Below are positions 37,573 through 47,711 of a DNA stretch of 64,000 bases, piece by piece (the first letter of the stretch is position 1; every line of letters starts with the position of its first letter). The notes under the pieces were generated by a model. That model searched no databases. It had not been told where the DNA came from and saw only the letters and a list, made by a program, of their open reading frames with translations. The DNA is taken from the NCBI GenBank assembly GCA_043798915.1, contig JAZDOG010000020.1, positions 1-64,000 on the forward strand, in the 5' to 3' direction. Origin of the DNA: Pseudomonadota bacterium. Lineage in GTDB: Bacteria > UBA10199 > 2-02-FULL-44-16 > JAAZCA01. The position numbers and the translations under genes were made by a program.

Positions 37573-38442
37573 TCAATCGTGGAAACAGGGAGGATGGGCC
37601 TCGCGGCGTATCAGAAAATAGCGCGGTGGTTCATAGTGATTCTCGGCCGAGAAGGGCTTGGCGAATGACCCGCCGGCCAGATCGTTCCGAACGAAGAAGG
37701 CATTGACGCCGGACAGACCGCAGCCGACGAGCGCATAGCCAAGCTCCTGTCCCAGGAGCTCAAAGGCCTTCAGGCTTGCGCCAAAATAAATTGTTTCATT
37801 GCAAACCTTGCCCGGCGCATAATCCACCTTCCAATCCACATCGGGCGGAAAAGTGGCATTGTATTCTATCACTACGGCGCGCGGCCTGAAAGACCCGAGC
37901 GCCTTCCACACCCAGTAGGTGTTGCGGTCTATGTCCAAGGACAGAAGGTCGAATTCCGCAGGGACCTTCATTTCCCGCAAAATATGTTCGATGTTCGCCG
38001 CAGTGACACATGCGTCAGCCAGCTTCAACCGGCCATCGGCCAACGGGGTCCGGAAGCATTGGCGAATGGCCTCTGCTGAAACAGCGCTGCCTTCCACCCA
38101 AAGGCCATTCCATCCCTGTGACAGAAGGTAGGCCGTGTTGTTCTCCTGTCCGTCGCCTGCTGCTATTTCGACGAAGAAGCGGTTGCTTACCCCAATGCGG
38201 CGGAAGATCTCCGCCAGAATGCCATCCTCGCCGCTCTGCGAAAAAACCTGAAACTCATGCCGGTTCAATTTCCCGGGCTCGCGATATTTTTCCTGCTGAA
38301 GAAGGGTAAAATGCGTGTATTGATTCAGCTGCTGGAGCGTCTGGTTCTGCACGTTTGATTCCAGACTTATGAGAGAACTGGCAATTTGGCGAAGCTCTCG
38401 AATGGCGGGAAGCCTGTGATAGAGGTGGCGCAGCCAACCCAT
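37573..38442 (-). CDS. FkbM-like putative methyltransferase
   Basis: FSQSGEDGIL, FVEIAAGDG, DLLSLDID, VVIEYN, GASL. Confidence 0.75.
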   Translation of the reverse strand: MGWLRHLYHRLPAIRELRQIASSLISLESNVQNQTLQQLNQYTHFTLLQQEKYREPGKLNRHEFQVFSQSGEDGILAEIFRRIGVSNRFFVEIAAGDGQENNTAYLLSQGWNGLWVEGSAVSAEAIRQCFRTPLADGRLKLADACVTAANIEHILREMKVPAEFDLLSLDIDRNTYWVWKALGSFRPRAVVIEYNATFPPDVDWKVDYAPGKVCNETIYFGASLKAFELLGQELGYALVGCGLSGVNAFFVRNDLAGGSFAKPFSAENHYEPPRYFLIRREAHPPCFHD

Positions 38443-38621
38443 AATCTCCCCCTTCAGCGCCCTCGGCGCGCAACCACTGGAATTTACAAGAACTATCTCA
38501 AAATGACAAGGATGTATTTTGTGACTTTTTCAATAAGGCACTGTCCACTGATTCAAGGAAATGTTACAATCGGCCGAAGGCAAGTTTGGGGCAAGTTGTA
38601 TAAAAAGGCGAAATATCACTG

Positions 38622-39413
38622 GTGATTTCCACGACACATGACTGGCCTCCGAATTCGCTTCTGGGGCATGGCGGCAAGCGCTCGATCCCGAGCGTGTCAA
38701 AATACTGCGACCATCTGGGTTGCACGGGTCCTCTTGTCCTCGATGTCGGCTGCGGCGATGGTATCGTGGTGAGAGAGCTTTGCAGGCGGGGTCTGAAGGC
38801 GGTCGGCGTCGATCGTCTTGCCGGGGCATGGGAGGGGTTGCCTGCTCTCGTAGCCGACGCTTTCCATCTTCCATTTCCCGACTGCTCCTTTGACGCGGCA
38901 GGCTGTTTCGCCGTCCTCGAACATCTGGCGGAGCCGGCGCTCATCCTGAAAGAAATAGCGCGGGTGACAAGGCCGGGCGGCAGGATTGTAATAGGATGCC
39001 CCAACATGCGAGCTGTTTTCCTGCTGCATCCGGGGCATTTTGTGACCCACCGCGGCGGCCTCAGACAGAGGTTTGTAAATTTGATTGTCTATTTGAAAAC
39101 GCTTTTTAGAGCCCTTGGCTCAAAGGACATTCCGTTTGAAATCATGCCCCCCCCTGATATGACAAAAATACCACAGGGCGCCTCCGACTATAATGCATTA
39201 TGCGCAACCAACTTCGTTACAGTCAAATATGCCCTCAGAAGACTCAATCTGAAGATAGTCTACATATCCGCAGGCATGGAATATTCAAAAGGCATTTTGA
39301 AGATTATTCTGGTCAGAATCATCGACAAAATTCCTGTTGTCAGAGAATTGTTTGGTGGAATGTTCGTTGTTGCCGTAAAGAGGGAATGCGGCAGAAAGAG
39401 CGGAGGCCGATGA
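38622..39413 (+). CDS. class I SAM methyltransferase
   Basis: VLDVGCGDG, LPFPDCSFD, VLEHL, RPGG; start uncertain. Confidence 0.85.
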   Translation: MISTTHDWPPNSLLGHGGKRSIPSVSKYCDHLGCTGPLVLDVGCGDGIVVRELCRRGLKAVGVDRLAGAWEGLPALVADAFHLPFPDCSFDAAGCFAVLEHLAEPALILKEIARVTRPGGRIVIGCPNMRAVFLLHPGHFVTHRGGLRQRFVNLIVYLKTLFRALGSKDIPFEIMPPPDMTKIPQGASDYNALCATNFVTVKYALRRLNLKIVYISAGMEYSKGILKIILVRIIDKIPVVRELFGGMFVVAVKRECGRKSGGR

Positions 39414-39474
39414 CAGGGCATGCTCATGGGAGTCGCGCTTTGAGGCGGTTCACAGCCGTCGGATCGGAGTCCGT

Positions 39475-40986
39475 GTGAAGATATGTTGTGTGCAACGGGA
39501 TTATCATTCTGGAAAAATCCATCCATTGCAGTGGAATGGCGATCATCAGGTTCAATATTGCAGCGAATCGCGAGGTTTAAATCCCGATCGTTATTTGAAG
39601 ATGCTCTCCCAGTCAGACGTCATCGTTCGGCTTAAATTATCCCAACTGCCATTGCCTCCCACCCTGCTTGAAAATTTATTGAGCCTGTGGCTGAAGAATA
39701 AATTTTACGTGAAATGCACCGGCAGTCAGATTTTATTGGACAGCCTGTGTATAGAGATATTTGGCAATGAGGCGGTGCGGTCCGTCAAACTTCAGAAACA
39801 TCGTTTTTTAGAGGACGGAGCGCTGAATGCCTTCGTGGACAGCCGCGCGGTGCCCTATTGGATGAGCTTGGAGGAACAGCGTTTTTATCTGTTGGACAAT
39901 TTTGATCGATATTATTCAAAACCGAACACCTATATCATAGAGACGACGCCTTTTTGCAATCTCAAGTGTGTCAAATGCCCCCATCATTCGATGAGGTTGC
40001 CACGCCCGGCGGCAGGGGCCAAGCCCCTGCCGGGGCAGGCGTTCATGACGCTCGAGGAGTGGAAATATATTATAGATATGGTGAGCGAAGTTTCCCGCAA
40101 CGCCCCGCAGCCGCCAGGCATATTCCCGGCCGTCCGCGGCGAGTGCCTTATGAATAAGGATATTATCCCGATGGTCGCCTATGCAGCGAACAGCGGCCAT
40201 ATCGTAAAAATTATCACCAATGGCAATCTTCTGACTGAAGACAAGGCCAAAGGCCTCATCGATGCCGGCCTTGGTTCCATCATCTTCAGTTTAGATGCAG
40301 TCAATGAATCACAATATGACAAACTGCAACCCGGTGGCAGTTATCGGGACGTCGTCAGGAACATAGAGAGGCTGCTGAAGCTCAGGGGCGGCATGAAAAG
40401 GCCATCCGTCGGTGTACTGTGCTGCCAAACACCTGAGAACCAGGATGATTTTCAAGAGTATCTCCGACGTTGGGAGGGGCAGGTGGATACTGTCACCGCC
40501 TCTGTCTGTTATGACATAGAGAAAGGTTTTCGACCATGGAAGGTTTTTTATCCTGTCGCAGATCGATACCCGTGTATCTATCTGTGGGGTTCCATGCTGA
40601 TTCATGCAGATGGCGGGATGGCGCTCTGCGGAATTGATGTGTCCCGAAAATATAACCTGGGCAATATCTTCAAAGGGGATCTGCTTTCAATCTGGAACAG
40701 CGAAAAAATCCATCGCCTGCGCGAATACCAGATGAGCGACAAAAGAAAAGAGGGTTTGTGCCAGGAGTGCATATGCTGGACGAATCCCTATTTTATCGAA
40801 AAAATAGATGGCGACAGGAGCTGGACTATAGGCCCGCAGAACATGTCGATATCGCACTATCGGCCAAAACCGCTCGGCGAACGCGCCGCCGTTCGAACCA
40901 AAAAGCTGTTGCTCGGTCTCGGCGTTCCCAGTGGTATCATCGGCCGTCTTCGAAAATTTTATTTCAAACTTGGAAGGCGACATTGA
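39475..40986 (+). CDS. radical SAM/SPASM-twitch protein with N-terminal extension
   Basis: CNLKCVKC, ITNG, FSLDA; C-terminal PCIYLW...ALCG...CQEC. Confidence 0.85.
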   Translation: MKICCVQRDYHSGKIHPLQWNGDHQVQYCSESRGLNPDRYLKMLSQSDVIVRLKLSQLPLPPTLLENLLSLWLKNKFYVKCTGSQILLDSLCIEIFGNEAVRSVKLQKHRFLEDGALNAFVDSRAVPYWMSLEEQRFYLLDNFDRYYSKPNTYIIETTPFCNLKCVKCPHHSMRLPRPAAGAKPLPGQAFMTLEEWKYIIDMVSEVSRNAPQPPGIFPAVRGECLMNKDIIPMVAYAANSGHIVKIITNGNLLTEDKAKGLIDAGLGSIIFSLDAVNESQYDKLQPGGSYRDVVRNIERLLKLRGGMKRPSVGVLCCQTPENQDDFQEYLRRWEGQVDTVTASVCYDIEKGFRPWKVFYPVADRYPCIYLWGSMLIHADGGMALCGIDVSRKYNLGNIFKGDLLSIWNSEKIHRLREYQMSDKRKEGLCQECICWTNPYFIEKIDGDRSWTIGPQNMSISHYRPKPLGERAAVRTKKLLLGLGVPSGIIGRLRKFYFKLGRRH

Positions 40987-40988
40987 CT

Positions 40989-42104
40989 ATGACCGATGAG
41001 TCGCCGATGAGCAATCAGGTTTATCAACTGCCTTCTCGCATTCCAGAGCTCGACGGCCTGCGTGCGATAGCCGTGCTGGCTGTGATGAGCGCTCATGCGG
41101 GGCTTCCCGGCTTCGCACGGGGTGGTGTGGGTGTTTATCTTTTTTTCGTGCTTTCAGGATTTCTCATCACCGGAATTCTCCTGGATGCTGACAAGGGTAA
41201 AGGGTATTTCAAAAACTTTTACGCTCGGCGTGCGCTTCGCATTTTTCCGATTTATTACATGACATTTGCGTTTCTATTGGCGCTGGCCTTTCTTCAGGGC
41301 TTGAAAACAAGCGATTGGCCCTGGTATCTTGCCTATGCTCAAAATTATCTTTTCATCTTCAAACATTTTCCGCCGAATTTCCCCAGCTGCTTTAATCATA
41401 CCTGGTCCCTGGCCGTCGAGGAGCAGTTTTATTTCATATGGCCATTCCTCATTGGGATCCTCGGAAAAAGACGAGTGTTCATCGTCTCCCTGATCTTCAT
41501 CCCTTTGGCCATCGGCTTGCGTTGCTTTCATATCCAGGCAATCTTTGGTCCCGAGGTTTGGACGCTGCCCGTGAATCTGAATTCGCTCGGCGGGGGGGCG
41601 GCGCTGGCAGTGGCGGTCCGTACCTTTGACCGGGAAACCCTGAAGAAAGTCTGCCGTGCGCTCTTCCTTGGTGGTGCGATCGCCTGGGTTGTGATTCAGA
41701 TATTCGTGAGCCCATATGGAATGGGCTGGCTTGAGCTTGGAATGGTTTGCTGCACTACAATAACATTCACCGGGCTCGTTGGAACAGCTGTGCTGTCACC
41801 GCCGTCGCTACTATCCGGTTTTCTTAGCCTTGGCTGGATGCGCTATATCGGCAAAATCAGTTATGGATTATATCTGTACCACCCGCTGGTTTTTCTTTTG
41901 ATGTGGCACTTGTTCAGGGGGCAAGTGGTCAGGCCAGATCATGGCAAGGGTGTGATCCTTTTGTTGGTCCTGGCCAAATTCGGTTTGACTTTCGTTGCAG
42001 CCTCCTTATCATGGCTCCTTTTGGAAAAGCGCATGAATGGTTTCAAGAAGAAGTTTGAATATACCAGAGTCACCCTGAGCCGCATTGCCCAAGCTCCGAT
42101 GTAA
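40989..42104 (+). CDS. acyltransferase family 3 (OafA-like O-acyltransferase)
   Basis: LDGLRAIA, FFVLSGFLIT, FYARRALRI, HTWSLAVEEQFY, GKISYGLYLYH. Confidence 0.93.
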   Translation: MTDESPMSNQVYQLPSRIPELDGLRAIAVLAVMSAHAGLPGFARGGVGVYLFFVLSGFLITGILLDADKGKGYFKNFYARRALRIFPIYYMTFAFLLALAFLQGLKTSDWPWYLAYAQNYLFIFKHFPPNFPSCFNHTWSLAVEEQFYFIWPFLIGILGKRRVFIVSLIFIPLAIGLRCFHIQAIFGPEVWTLPVNLNSLGGGAALAVAVRTFDRETLKKVCRALFLGGAIAWVVIQIFVSPYGMGWLELGMVCCTTITFTGLVGTAVLSPPSLLSGFLSLGWMRYIGKISYGLYLYHPLVFLLMWHLFRGQVVRPDHGKGVILLLVLAKFGLTFVAASLSWLLLEKRMNGFKKKFEYTRVTLSRIAQAPM

Positions 42105-42150
42105 GGAGTTAGCGGATGCGAGGGTGCTTGTTGAAGGGTGAGAACAGGAG

Positions 42151-43575
42151 GTGTTGATGTGCTCAGCTGATGGTGAAACAGGAACGAGGAAGAGCTTCAT
42201 CGCTGCGACCATAAAGTTTTTTTCGTCATGGCGTGGAATGCATTTTTTTATCTTGGCATTTGTTATGGCGGTTGCCTTTTCTTTTATTTTTCCGCAAAAA
42301 ATTGAATATGATTCCACGCAGTATGAGCATCTTGGATGGAACATTTCCCAGGGAAACGGTTTGTCAGATGCCTCGGCAGCGCCTTTTGTGCCGACCTCAG
42401 GCCGCGAGCCGGTCTATCCGCTCTTTATCAGTTTGTTTTATCTTTTTTTTGGAAGACATCCGGAAATTGTGCTGGTAGCCCAGTCGCTGTTGCATGCAAC
42501 CACTGCTCTTTTGATCTACCGGCTGGCCTGTCGATGGTTTTCCTTAAGCGTGGCCGGTCTGGCCGGCTTTCTGACCGCTGTGGATCCAACCCTTTATGGT
42601 TTTTGCAGCTACTTGCTGACAGAACCCCTGGCTCTCTTTTTGCTGGCCTCGTTCGTCTATTTGGCGGTTTTCGTGCGAGAGCGGAATGGTCTGGCTTTCT
42701 CCTTGGCGGGGGGGGCACTGCTCGGCGCTTTGGCGCTTTGTCGTGCGGTGTTTATGTTTTTGCCGGTTGTTTTTTTTGTGTTTATGGTGTTTTCGCGTTT
42801 TCCATCAAAACTTGGAAAAAGGATCGTTTATGGGATGATTCTGATCCTTGTTTTTATGAGTGTTCTTTCGCCATGGTTGTATAGGAATAAAAAGGCATTC
42901 GGTGTTGCTTTTATCACCGCGCGTTCAGGCGAGATGCTTTTGTGGAAGGCGTTGAGGACAGAGCACTCCCCAAGGGAAATGCTCGTGGATCTTGTTTATG
43001 GAACATCGGATACTCTGGGCCGAAAATTATTTCCCGATGATTATTCGAGGATGAATATCAGCGGGGAACATGGTCCGGAAAACGTATATCCCATTGGCGT
43101 AGAGAGATATATGCGGTATCTTGCCGATGGGTACTCTGAGCTTGAGGCCGATCGCCTGCTTCGAATCGATGCGATTAGGATAATTATAAAACGCCCCTTT
43201 AAATACATCGCTCAGTGTTTTGTCGACGCGTGGAAGCTCTCTTTTTTTGAGATAGTTCCATTTGCCTACTCAACACGGTTCAATCAGTTGATGCAAAGGG
43301 GAGATTGTCTGTTAGGCTTGGGGACCGCCCTGAGGATACTGCTTCGTTATGTGTATTCATGGCTGATAATTTTATTGGCTGTCAAAGGATTTCTGGAAGT
43401 CCAAAAAGAATGGAGACGAAAATGTCTGTTGCTGGTACCAATTATTTATACGATAGGGACGGCCATTCCATTTGATGTTAGCGGGAGATACGTCTATCCT
43501 GCATTGCCATTTATCCTGATTTTAGCATCGGTATCGGTTGTCAATTTCATTGAAAGAAAACAGCCGTCTTTGTAA
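42151..43575 (+). CDS. GT-C (ArnT/GT39-like) glycosyltransferase, paralog A
   Basis: DSTQY, REPVYPLF, LLTE, PWLYRN, RYVYP; start uncertain. Confidence 0.8.
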   Translation: MLMCSADGETGTRKSFIAATIKFFSSWRGMHFFILAFVMAVAFSFIFPQKIEYDSTQYEHLGWNISQGNGLSDASAAPFVPTSGREPVYPLFISLFYLFFGRHPEIVLVAQSLLHATTALLIYRLACRWFSLSVAGLAGFLTAVDPTLYGFCSYLLTEPLALFLLASFVYLAVFVRERNGLAFSLAGGALLGALALCRAVFMFLPVVFFVFMVFSRFPSKLGKRIVYGMILILVFMSVLSPWLYRNKKAFGVAFITARSGEMLLWKALRTEHSPREMLVDLVYGTSDTLGRKLFPDDYSRMNISGEHGPENVYPIGVERYMRYLADGYSELEADRLLRIDAIRIIIKRPFKYIAQCFVDAWKLSFFEIVPFAYSTRFNQLMQRGDCLLGLGTALRILLRYVYSWLIILLAVKGFLEVQKEWRRKCLLLVPIIYTIGTAIPFDVSGRYVYPALPFILILASVSVVNFIERKQPSL

Positions 43576-43593
43576 AACCGCATTTCATGAGAG

Positions 43594-44505
43594 TCAGGGT
43601 TTCTCCGATTTTGTGAGCATGGACAGCGTTCTATCGGGGAGCGCGACGCCATTCTGTTCAGCCAAAAACCCCATTGCCATTATTATAGAGACGGCAATCA
43701 AAAAAAAGCTCGCCAGCGATATTGCGAAACGAGCCTGGGCCGAATATATGGCCAACAGGATCATGAATGCGCCGGTTATTGACATTGCAGTGATCAAGGC
43801 GAGAAATGCCTTGATCGGATTATAGAGCAGGATTGCCCTCACTATAAGCTGGAGCGTCCACAGCACGTCCCTTTTGAATTTAATCTTGCTTTTGCCCTTT
43901 CTTGCGAAATACGTTATCGGCGTGTGCGCGACGAATCTGCCGGAGAGGAGGCTGACCAAGGTGATCGTTGTCGTGATGGAGAAGCCGCCACACAGCACTC
44001 GCCAGAAGTCGGTGAAGATATCCTTTCTTATTACGCGCATGCCGCTGTTTACATCCGGTATGGAGCGGCCGGTCGCAGATTCGCACAGCATGCGGAAGAA
44101 TATACGAGCTATTCGCAGGATTATGTTTCCATGATATATCTTTCCTTGTCTGGCCCCGACCAGCATGTCGAGATTCCTGTCGGCCAGGCTCTGCACCATT
44201 TCTGGCAAAACCTCCACCGGGTATGTTCCATCGGCATCTATCATGGCGATGATTTCGTGTTTTGCGTTTGCGACTCCTGTCTTTACGGAATTGCCGTACC
44301 CTATGTTGCAGGGGTGTCTGAAGACTCTCGCCCCGGCCTCCTCCGACATTCGGGCTGTTTCATCGGCGGAGCCGTCGTCCACGACGATGAGCTCAGCCTC
44401 GATATCGGAGGAATCAAATGCCAGTTTGAGTTTTTCAAGCATTTCAGCAATATGCGGGCCCTCATTGAGGGCCGGGATAACAACGGAGACTCCTAACCGT
44501 TTCAT
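43594..44505 (-). CDS. glycosyltransferase family 2 (polyprenol-phosphate type)
   Basis: VVIPALNE, VVDDGSAD, IDADGTY, DVNSGMR; two C-terminal TM helices. Confidence 0.92.
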   Translation of the reverse strand: MKRLGVSVVIPALNEGPHIAEMLEKLKLAFDSSDIEAELIVVDDGSADETARMSEEAGARVFRHPCNIGYGNSVKTGVANAKHEIIAMIDADGTYPVEVLPEMVQSLADRNLDMLVGARQGKIYHGNIILRIARIFFRMLCESATGRSIPDVNSGMRVIRKDIFTDFWRVLCGGFSITTTITLVSLLSGRFVAHTPITYFARKGKSKIKFKRDVLWTLQLIVRAILLYNPIKAFLALITAMSITGAFMILLAIYSAQARFAISLASFFLIAVSIIMAMGFLAEQNGVALPDRTLSMLTKSEKP

Positions 44506-44516
44506 AATTTTACCCC

Positions 44517-45737
44517 CTACTTAAGATTGCGCATGTGCTGAGCCAGCTCAACAGACGGCAACAGCTCCTCAGCGATATGTTTTCCGATAAGCTCCGATGT
44601 TTCTTCAGTGGGATGGCTGGTGTCATCGAAAAAAATGTCGCGCGGACGCATTATTTTTTTGCCCCATTTTTCCAGATCGATCACCTGCAATCCACGCTGC
44701 TTTGCCAATCGGCGCAGGTCGAAGTTATACTGTTCAATAAGCTTTGCAAGGACATAGGGATTGTTTGTATAGGGCGGCAGAAAGCCGACCTTAAAGGCCC
44801 TTTCGCTCGGCTCTTCCTCCATGATATAAAGGCTTGGTATTGTGATTATGACTACCTTGCTTCCCACCGATTGCATTTCATCTATGATCTTTGCAATATC
44901 CTTCAAAAATTTTGGGTTGTATCCTTCTGCGCTGTGAACCTGCGGTGCATTTTTGTCGGGAGCCATTGCCCTCCTGAGCCATCCCTGCGATTCAATTTTC
45001 CGCATGCCTATAACCAGATTGGCAAGTCTCATGAAAGCGCTTCTCGCAAGTCGGAAACTCGCTAAATAGCTTTCAATTCCTCCAGCCGGACCTTCCTCCC
45101 ATATGGAATTCCATCCAAGATATATTGTTGTGATTTCAGGTCGAAGCTCCTTCATTTTTTCTATGTTGAGGAGGACGTCCTTTGGTCGATAGCCTTCAAC
45201 ACCGGCATTGACGACCTCAATCCTTTTACCCCGGTTGCGAAGTTCGCGTTCCAACGCTCTCGGGTAGGAATATTTGTCAAATAACGACCGAAATGTGCAT
45301 GAATCGCCGATAGTCAGAATCCTCGGTTGGCTGTGCGTCTTGTCTATCTCGGGTCCTTTGAATCCATCGCTGTTTATCTGATATATGATTTCATCCTGAT
45401 TGAAATTTAATTGAGAGGCTCGGTCGGTTAAATGTTTGACGGCCAAAAATCGCCCTGAATATTCTTTTGCGTTGACTGTTTGTTCCAATGTTCTCGAGAT
45501 TCCAGGCCTCAAAACCCAGCTGAGCGATGGATGTTTCGGGTCTGGCATCTCATATTCGTTCAAATCTGGTGTTGCAGCGAGGTTCAAAAAAGTTTTGATT
45601 TCGTCACGAAAGACGAATGCGAGGCGCGAACCGCCTTCTATAATTATTCCTGTCAATACAATCACAAGGAAGATAAACAAGAACCGAACGTCGTGCGAGC
45701 GTCTTTTAGCGTTCTTTATTTTCCCTCCGTCAGCCAT
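44517..45737 (-). CDS. SGNH/GDSL hydrolase family protein
   Basis: IGDSCT, NAGVEG, GWN, DTSHP; N-terminal TM helix. Confidence 0.85.
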   Translation of the reverse strand: MADGGKIKNAKRRSHDVRFLFIFLVIVLTGIIIEGGSRLAFVFRDEIKTFLNLAATPDLNEYEMPDPKHPSLSWVLRPGISRTLEQTVNAKEYSGRFLAVKHLTDRASQLNFNQDEIIYQINSDGFKGPEIDKTHSQPRILTIGDSCTFRSLFDKYSYPRALERELRNRGKRIEVVNAGVEGYRPKDVLLNIEKMKELRPEITTIYLGWNSIWEEGPAGGIESYLASFRLARSAFMRLANLVIGMRKIESQGWLRRAMAPDKNAPQVHSAEGYNPKFLKDIAKIIDEMQSVGSKVVIITIPSLYIMEEEPSERAFKVGFLPPYTNNPYVLAKLIEQYNFDLRRLAKQRGLQVIDLEKWGKKIMRPRDIFFDDTSHPTEETSELIGKHIAEELLPSVELAQHMRNLK

Positions 45738-45797
45738 GTTGTTGTCAGGGGCTGGTCTTCGCGAGATAATTTTATATTGAGCACATGCTTTAAAGCG

Positions 45798-46583
45798 TCA
45801 GGCCTTTTCGGCCAGGACTGTCCATGACATGTCATTGCAATGAACCAGTCTGATGTTTTTCAAGGGCAGCCCTTCCGTGAGGCCGAGGACCTCGTCCCTC
45901 TTCCAGTAGTGGCAAATGCTTGGAATGAGCTGGTCAAAAACAATTCCCTCCACATTTCTGAAGGGCATCTGTTGTAAATGGCGGAAGTATTCTTCTTTAT
46001 TGGGAAATAACAAATATAGCTTCAATATGCAGGCAAGCATTTTTGCGAGCAGGTGATTCAACATGGGCGGCATTCGCGACGTAAGGTGAATTCTCAATGG
46101 GTCAAAAAGCTTCACGTACGTTTCATTTCCTTCATAGGCATACACGTATACGATTAAAGCGCCTCCTCTTTTCAAAGCGCGCACTAGGTTCTCCAGCGCC
46201 CGGCGAGGGTCCGCCAGGCAATGGACCACGCCGATTGAAAAGACTATGTCGAACCTGTCCTGGAAATCGATGTCATAGATCGATCGAAAGGCAACCTCGC
46301 AGTTGGAAAAGCCTTCCAGATTGCTTTTTGCCGCGGCCACCGTCCTGTGATCGTGATCGAACGCATAGCCGGAAGCAGCCCCGGCTTTGAGGGCAAAGAA
46401 GCTGTTGCGCCCGTTCCCGCAGCCGGCATCCATAAAGCTCTTTCCCTTGAATATGGAGGGGTAGAGGCCTCCGGACCAGCGCCGGAACTGCTCTTCATTG
46501 ATCGGCATGATTTCTCTAAATAAATTCCACTCGTAGCCGAACTGTTTTTCGGTTCCAATCGGATGGTCGCTGTTTTTTTTCAT
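45798..46583 (-). CDS. class I SAM methyltransferase
   Basis: FGYEW, MDAGCGNGR, FDIVFSIGVVH. Confidence 0.88.
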   Translation of the reverse strand: MKKNSDHPIGTEKQFGYEWNLFREIMPINEEQFRRWSGGLYPSIFKGKSFMDAGCGNGRNSFFALKAGAASGYAFDHDHRTVAAAKSNLEGFSNCEVAFRSIYDIDFQDRFDIVFSIGVVHCLADPRRALENLVRALKRGGALIVYVYAYEGNETYVKLFDPLRIHLTSRMPPMLNHLLAKMLACILKLYLLFPNKEEYFRHLQQMPFRNVEGIVFDQLIPSICHYWKRDEVLGLTEGLPLKNIRLVHCNDMSWTVLAEKA

Positions 46584-46724
46584 GTTTCTCGCTTTTTTCG
46601 GTTTCTTTATGCAAAATCTAGAGTAATACTGCTGAATTGATACAGCTCATCCGTAAATGTAGCAAAAACTCAGTGTTATGAAAAGAACTTTATAATATAA
46701 AACAGAACATTATCAAGCACACCC

Positions 46725-47711
46725 ATGCCAGCGGCAAAAAAAATATTGATAAACGGCGGCGTCGGCTTCATCGGGTATCACCTCTCCAAAAAGCTCCTGG
46801 ACGATGGCCACGATGTCGTCATCTACGATGCCTTTATAAATTATATCCCGGCGGATAAAAGCACATATGCGCTTTATCTGCATGCTCGTCTGGCCGATCT
46901 GGACAAGCGCGTTGAGATCATCAGGGGCGATATAAAAGATGTCGATCATCTGATAAAGACCATCAAAGAACACAGGCCGGAGGTTTTGATAAATCTGGCT
47001 GCCGTTCCGATCGCCACGGCGTCCAATGAAATGCCCTGGGAGCTGATCGAGGTGAATCTCGAGGGCACCATTGCAATTTTGGACGCTATCCGGTCGACCG
47101 ATTCGGTGAGGCGTTTCGTCTATACCTCCTCGAGCTTTGTCTATGGCAATTTTAAAAAGGAACCGGCGGATGAAAACCACATCACGGAACCGATAGATAT
47201 TTACGGTGGCACAAAGCTGGCGGGGGAGATCCTGACAAAAACCATAGGAAAAAAATTTGGCATCGAATATACAATCATCAGGCCGTCTGCGGTGTACGGG
47301 CCGACCGACGCCAACCGGCGGGTGACGCAAATATTTGTGGAGAATGCCCTGAGCGGCAAACCCCTGATTTTGCACGACGGCGGTTCGGGCAGGCTGGATT
47401 TCTCCTGTGTGATGGATGTGGCGGACGGGTTTGCCCTGGCGGCCCTTTCTCCAAAGGCCAGAAACGAGACATTCAACATCACCTGTGGCGAGGGCCGCAG
47501 CATGAGGAGCTTCGCCGAAATTTTGCAAAGGCTGGTCCCTGGCGTAAAAATTATCGAGCGGCCTTCCGATGACATCAGGCCGGAACGAGGGGCCCTGGAT
47601 ATCTCCAAGGCCAGAAGATTGTTGGGGTACAATCCCAAATATCCGCTCGAAAAGGGAATGGAAGAATATGTCAGATATGTGAAGGATTCCGGCATACTGT
47701 CAAAATTATGA
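46725..47711 (+). CDS. NAD-dependent epimerase/dehydratase
   Basis: GGVGFIG, SSSFVYG, YGGTK. Confidence 0.92.
   Translation: MPAAKKILINGGVGFIGYHLSKKLLDDGHDVVIYDAFINYIPADKSTYALYLHARLADLDKRVEIIRGDIKDVDHLIKTIKEHRPEVLINLAAVPIATASNEMPWELIEVNLEGTIAILDAIRSTDSVRRFVYTSSSFVYGNFKKEPADENHITEPIDIYGGTKLAGEILTKTIGKKFGIEYTIIRPSAVYGPTDANRRVTQIFVENALSGKPLILHDGGSGRLDFSCVMDVADGFALAALSPKARNETFNITCGEGRSMRSFAEILQRLVPGVKIIERPSDDIRPERGALDISKARRLLGYNPKYPLEKGMEEYVRYVKDSGILSKL

Noticed and set aside
42708..42778. G8 and T9 homopolymers as phase-variation tracts
   Set aside because: The tracts are short, the frame is intact and no read data are available.
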